A stretch of DNA of 25,302 nt. Source: an uncultured virus (IMG/VR IMGVR_UViG_3300024999_000005) (taxonomy: Duplodnaviria; Heunggongvirae; Uroviricota; Caudoviricetes). The translations under genes and the position numbers were made by a program. This document shows positions 24,806-25,302 of this stretch, piece after piece. The stretch lies in the IMG/VR virus record IMGVR_UViG_3300024999_000005; one strand, given 5' to 3'. The notes below the pieces were generated by a model that saw only the letters and a program-made list of their open reading frames with translations, was not told where the DNA came from and searched no databases. Each line of letters starts with the position of its first letter. Positions within the stretch are counted from its first letter, which is position 1.

Positions 24806-24957
24806 CATGCTCAGTTTTACGTCTAGTTTACATATGGCGCCCGGGGTCGTTCTCCGGAACTTCTACGGGCATCCGCTCGACAGCGGGTAGTTACCTATTG
24901 GTGATTACCTCAATGCCCGATTTCGACAACCCGATTTAACGGGATAACTGAGTTATG
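24806..24957 (+). ncRNA. Candidate multi-helix structured RNA (or ssDNA structure), family unknown
   Basis: Six nested helices; non-Watson-Crick positions are G.U on the plus strand (see findings). Confidence 0.5.
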
Positions 24958-24983
24958 CGAGAGATTGGATTTTTGTTTTCCAT
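24936..24983 (-). CDS. Putative 15-aa ORF MENKNPISRITQLSR (leader peptide or disrupted gene start)
   Basis: GAGGTG RBS plus ATG; terminates inside the structured element. Confidence 0.35.
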   Translation of the reverse strand: MENKNPISRITQLSR

Positions 24984-25003
24984 TCTACACCTCTAAATCT
25001 TAC

Positions 25004-25213
25004 TTATAACTTACCAAAAACATTATCAATGTGCTTTTCCCTGTTATCCCTGATCCATTCTAACCATTCTTCGCGTTCTACAAGTTTTCCGCGACATTTG
25101 AAGCAAACTGCAAAAGTAGCTCCTGGAAGTTTTAAATCTTTACAGCGGTCATTTACAAATCCACAATTAAGACACAAAAACCTTTTAGGAGTCTTTTTCT
25201 TTTGTTCTACCAT
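25004..25213 (-). CDS. Small zinc-ribbon protein
   Basis: CLNCG...CFKCRG; GAGGTGGGG RBS. Confidence 0.8.
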   Translation of the reverse strand: MVEQKKKTPKRFLCLNCGFVNDRCKDLKLPGATFAVCFKCRGKLVEREEWLEWIRDNREKHIDNVFGKL

Positions 25214-25302
25214 TGCCCCACCTCATCCAATCGCTTTTTATAAATCCATGTTTCTCGTAATCCTGTTGGTATTGCTCGGCTAACTTTGGATCTAATTCAA
25301 GC
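25185..25302 (-). CDS. 3' end of a hypothetical protein entering from the window edge
   Basis: Open frame LELDPKLAEQYQQDYEKHGFIKSDWMRWGNGRTKEKDS*. Confidence 0.55.
   Translation of the reverse strand, partial: LELDPKLAEQYQQDYEKHGFIKSDWMRWGNGRTKEKDS

Larger units (their letters stand above)
1..25302 (-). mobile_element. Myovirus-type phage/prophage segment
   Basis: Continuous early, late-control, packaging, head, neck and tail gene order; no host genes or att site visible. Confidence 0.97.

Noticed and set aside
24697..24808. Minus-strand frame MVRVIYSG*LP*DVNTVPNPT*LIKLAKVV with three TAGs, and its plus-strand mirror ORF 24569..24826
   Set aside because: Neither has a convincing RBS or a recognisable family; the plus ORF starts antisense inside the PAPS-reductase gene.
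24775..24810. Pistol-ribozyme-like ATGGTTAGGGTTAT on the minus strand
   Set aside because: No downstream CCCTAA pseudoknot partner or remaining helices.
24835..24862. tRNA-like 3' end (CCGGGCGCCA) on the minus strand
   Set aside because: No TTCRA T-loop and no matching 5' acceptor strand.
1..25302. Genome-wide TAG recoding, suggested by in-frame TAG junctions at 5255 (sheath/tube), 23723 and 23222 and by CTA in the tRNA-like loop
   Set aside because: All large genes are intact under the standard code; the genes after 5255 and 23723 have their own strong RBS; CTA is not at the anticodon position and the RNA lacks tRNA-Pyl features.
1..25302. Integrase, att site, lysis cassette, DGR, intron or intein
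   Set aside because: No supporting motifs seen within this window.

Overview
Segment of a temperate, contractile-tailed (myovirus-type) phage or prophage. The host is most likely an endospore-forming Firmicute, judged from GGAGG/GGAGGTG ribosome sites, SigH-type promoters, Spo0A boxes and a PBSX Xpf-like regulator. Almost all genes are on the minus strand. In transcription order (right to left): small early/middle genes, including PAPS-reductase-family, RusA-like and MmcB-like PD-(D/E)XK proteins; a DUF2292-like gene and an Xpf-like late activator; an AT-rich divergent two-gene cassette; a tRNA-like element with an aberrant anticodon arm; TerS; TerL; a T4-gp20-like portal fused to a gp7/MuF domain; a moron; a 1024-aa protease-scaffold-capsid polyprotein; neck genes; sheath; tube; chaperones; tape measure with an SLT domain; and a LysM tail protein cut by the window edge. 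The most notable unexplained signals are a polyprotein head module marked by a repeated putative cleavage motif and an internal start, a 10-codon RAP-motif uORF before the capsid gene, a ~150-nt multi-helix element antisense to the early operon, the atypical tRNA, a possible antitermination switch at the DUF2292/xpf junction and an in-frame amber junction. All family assignments come from motif recognition by eye, with no database search.
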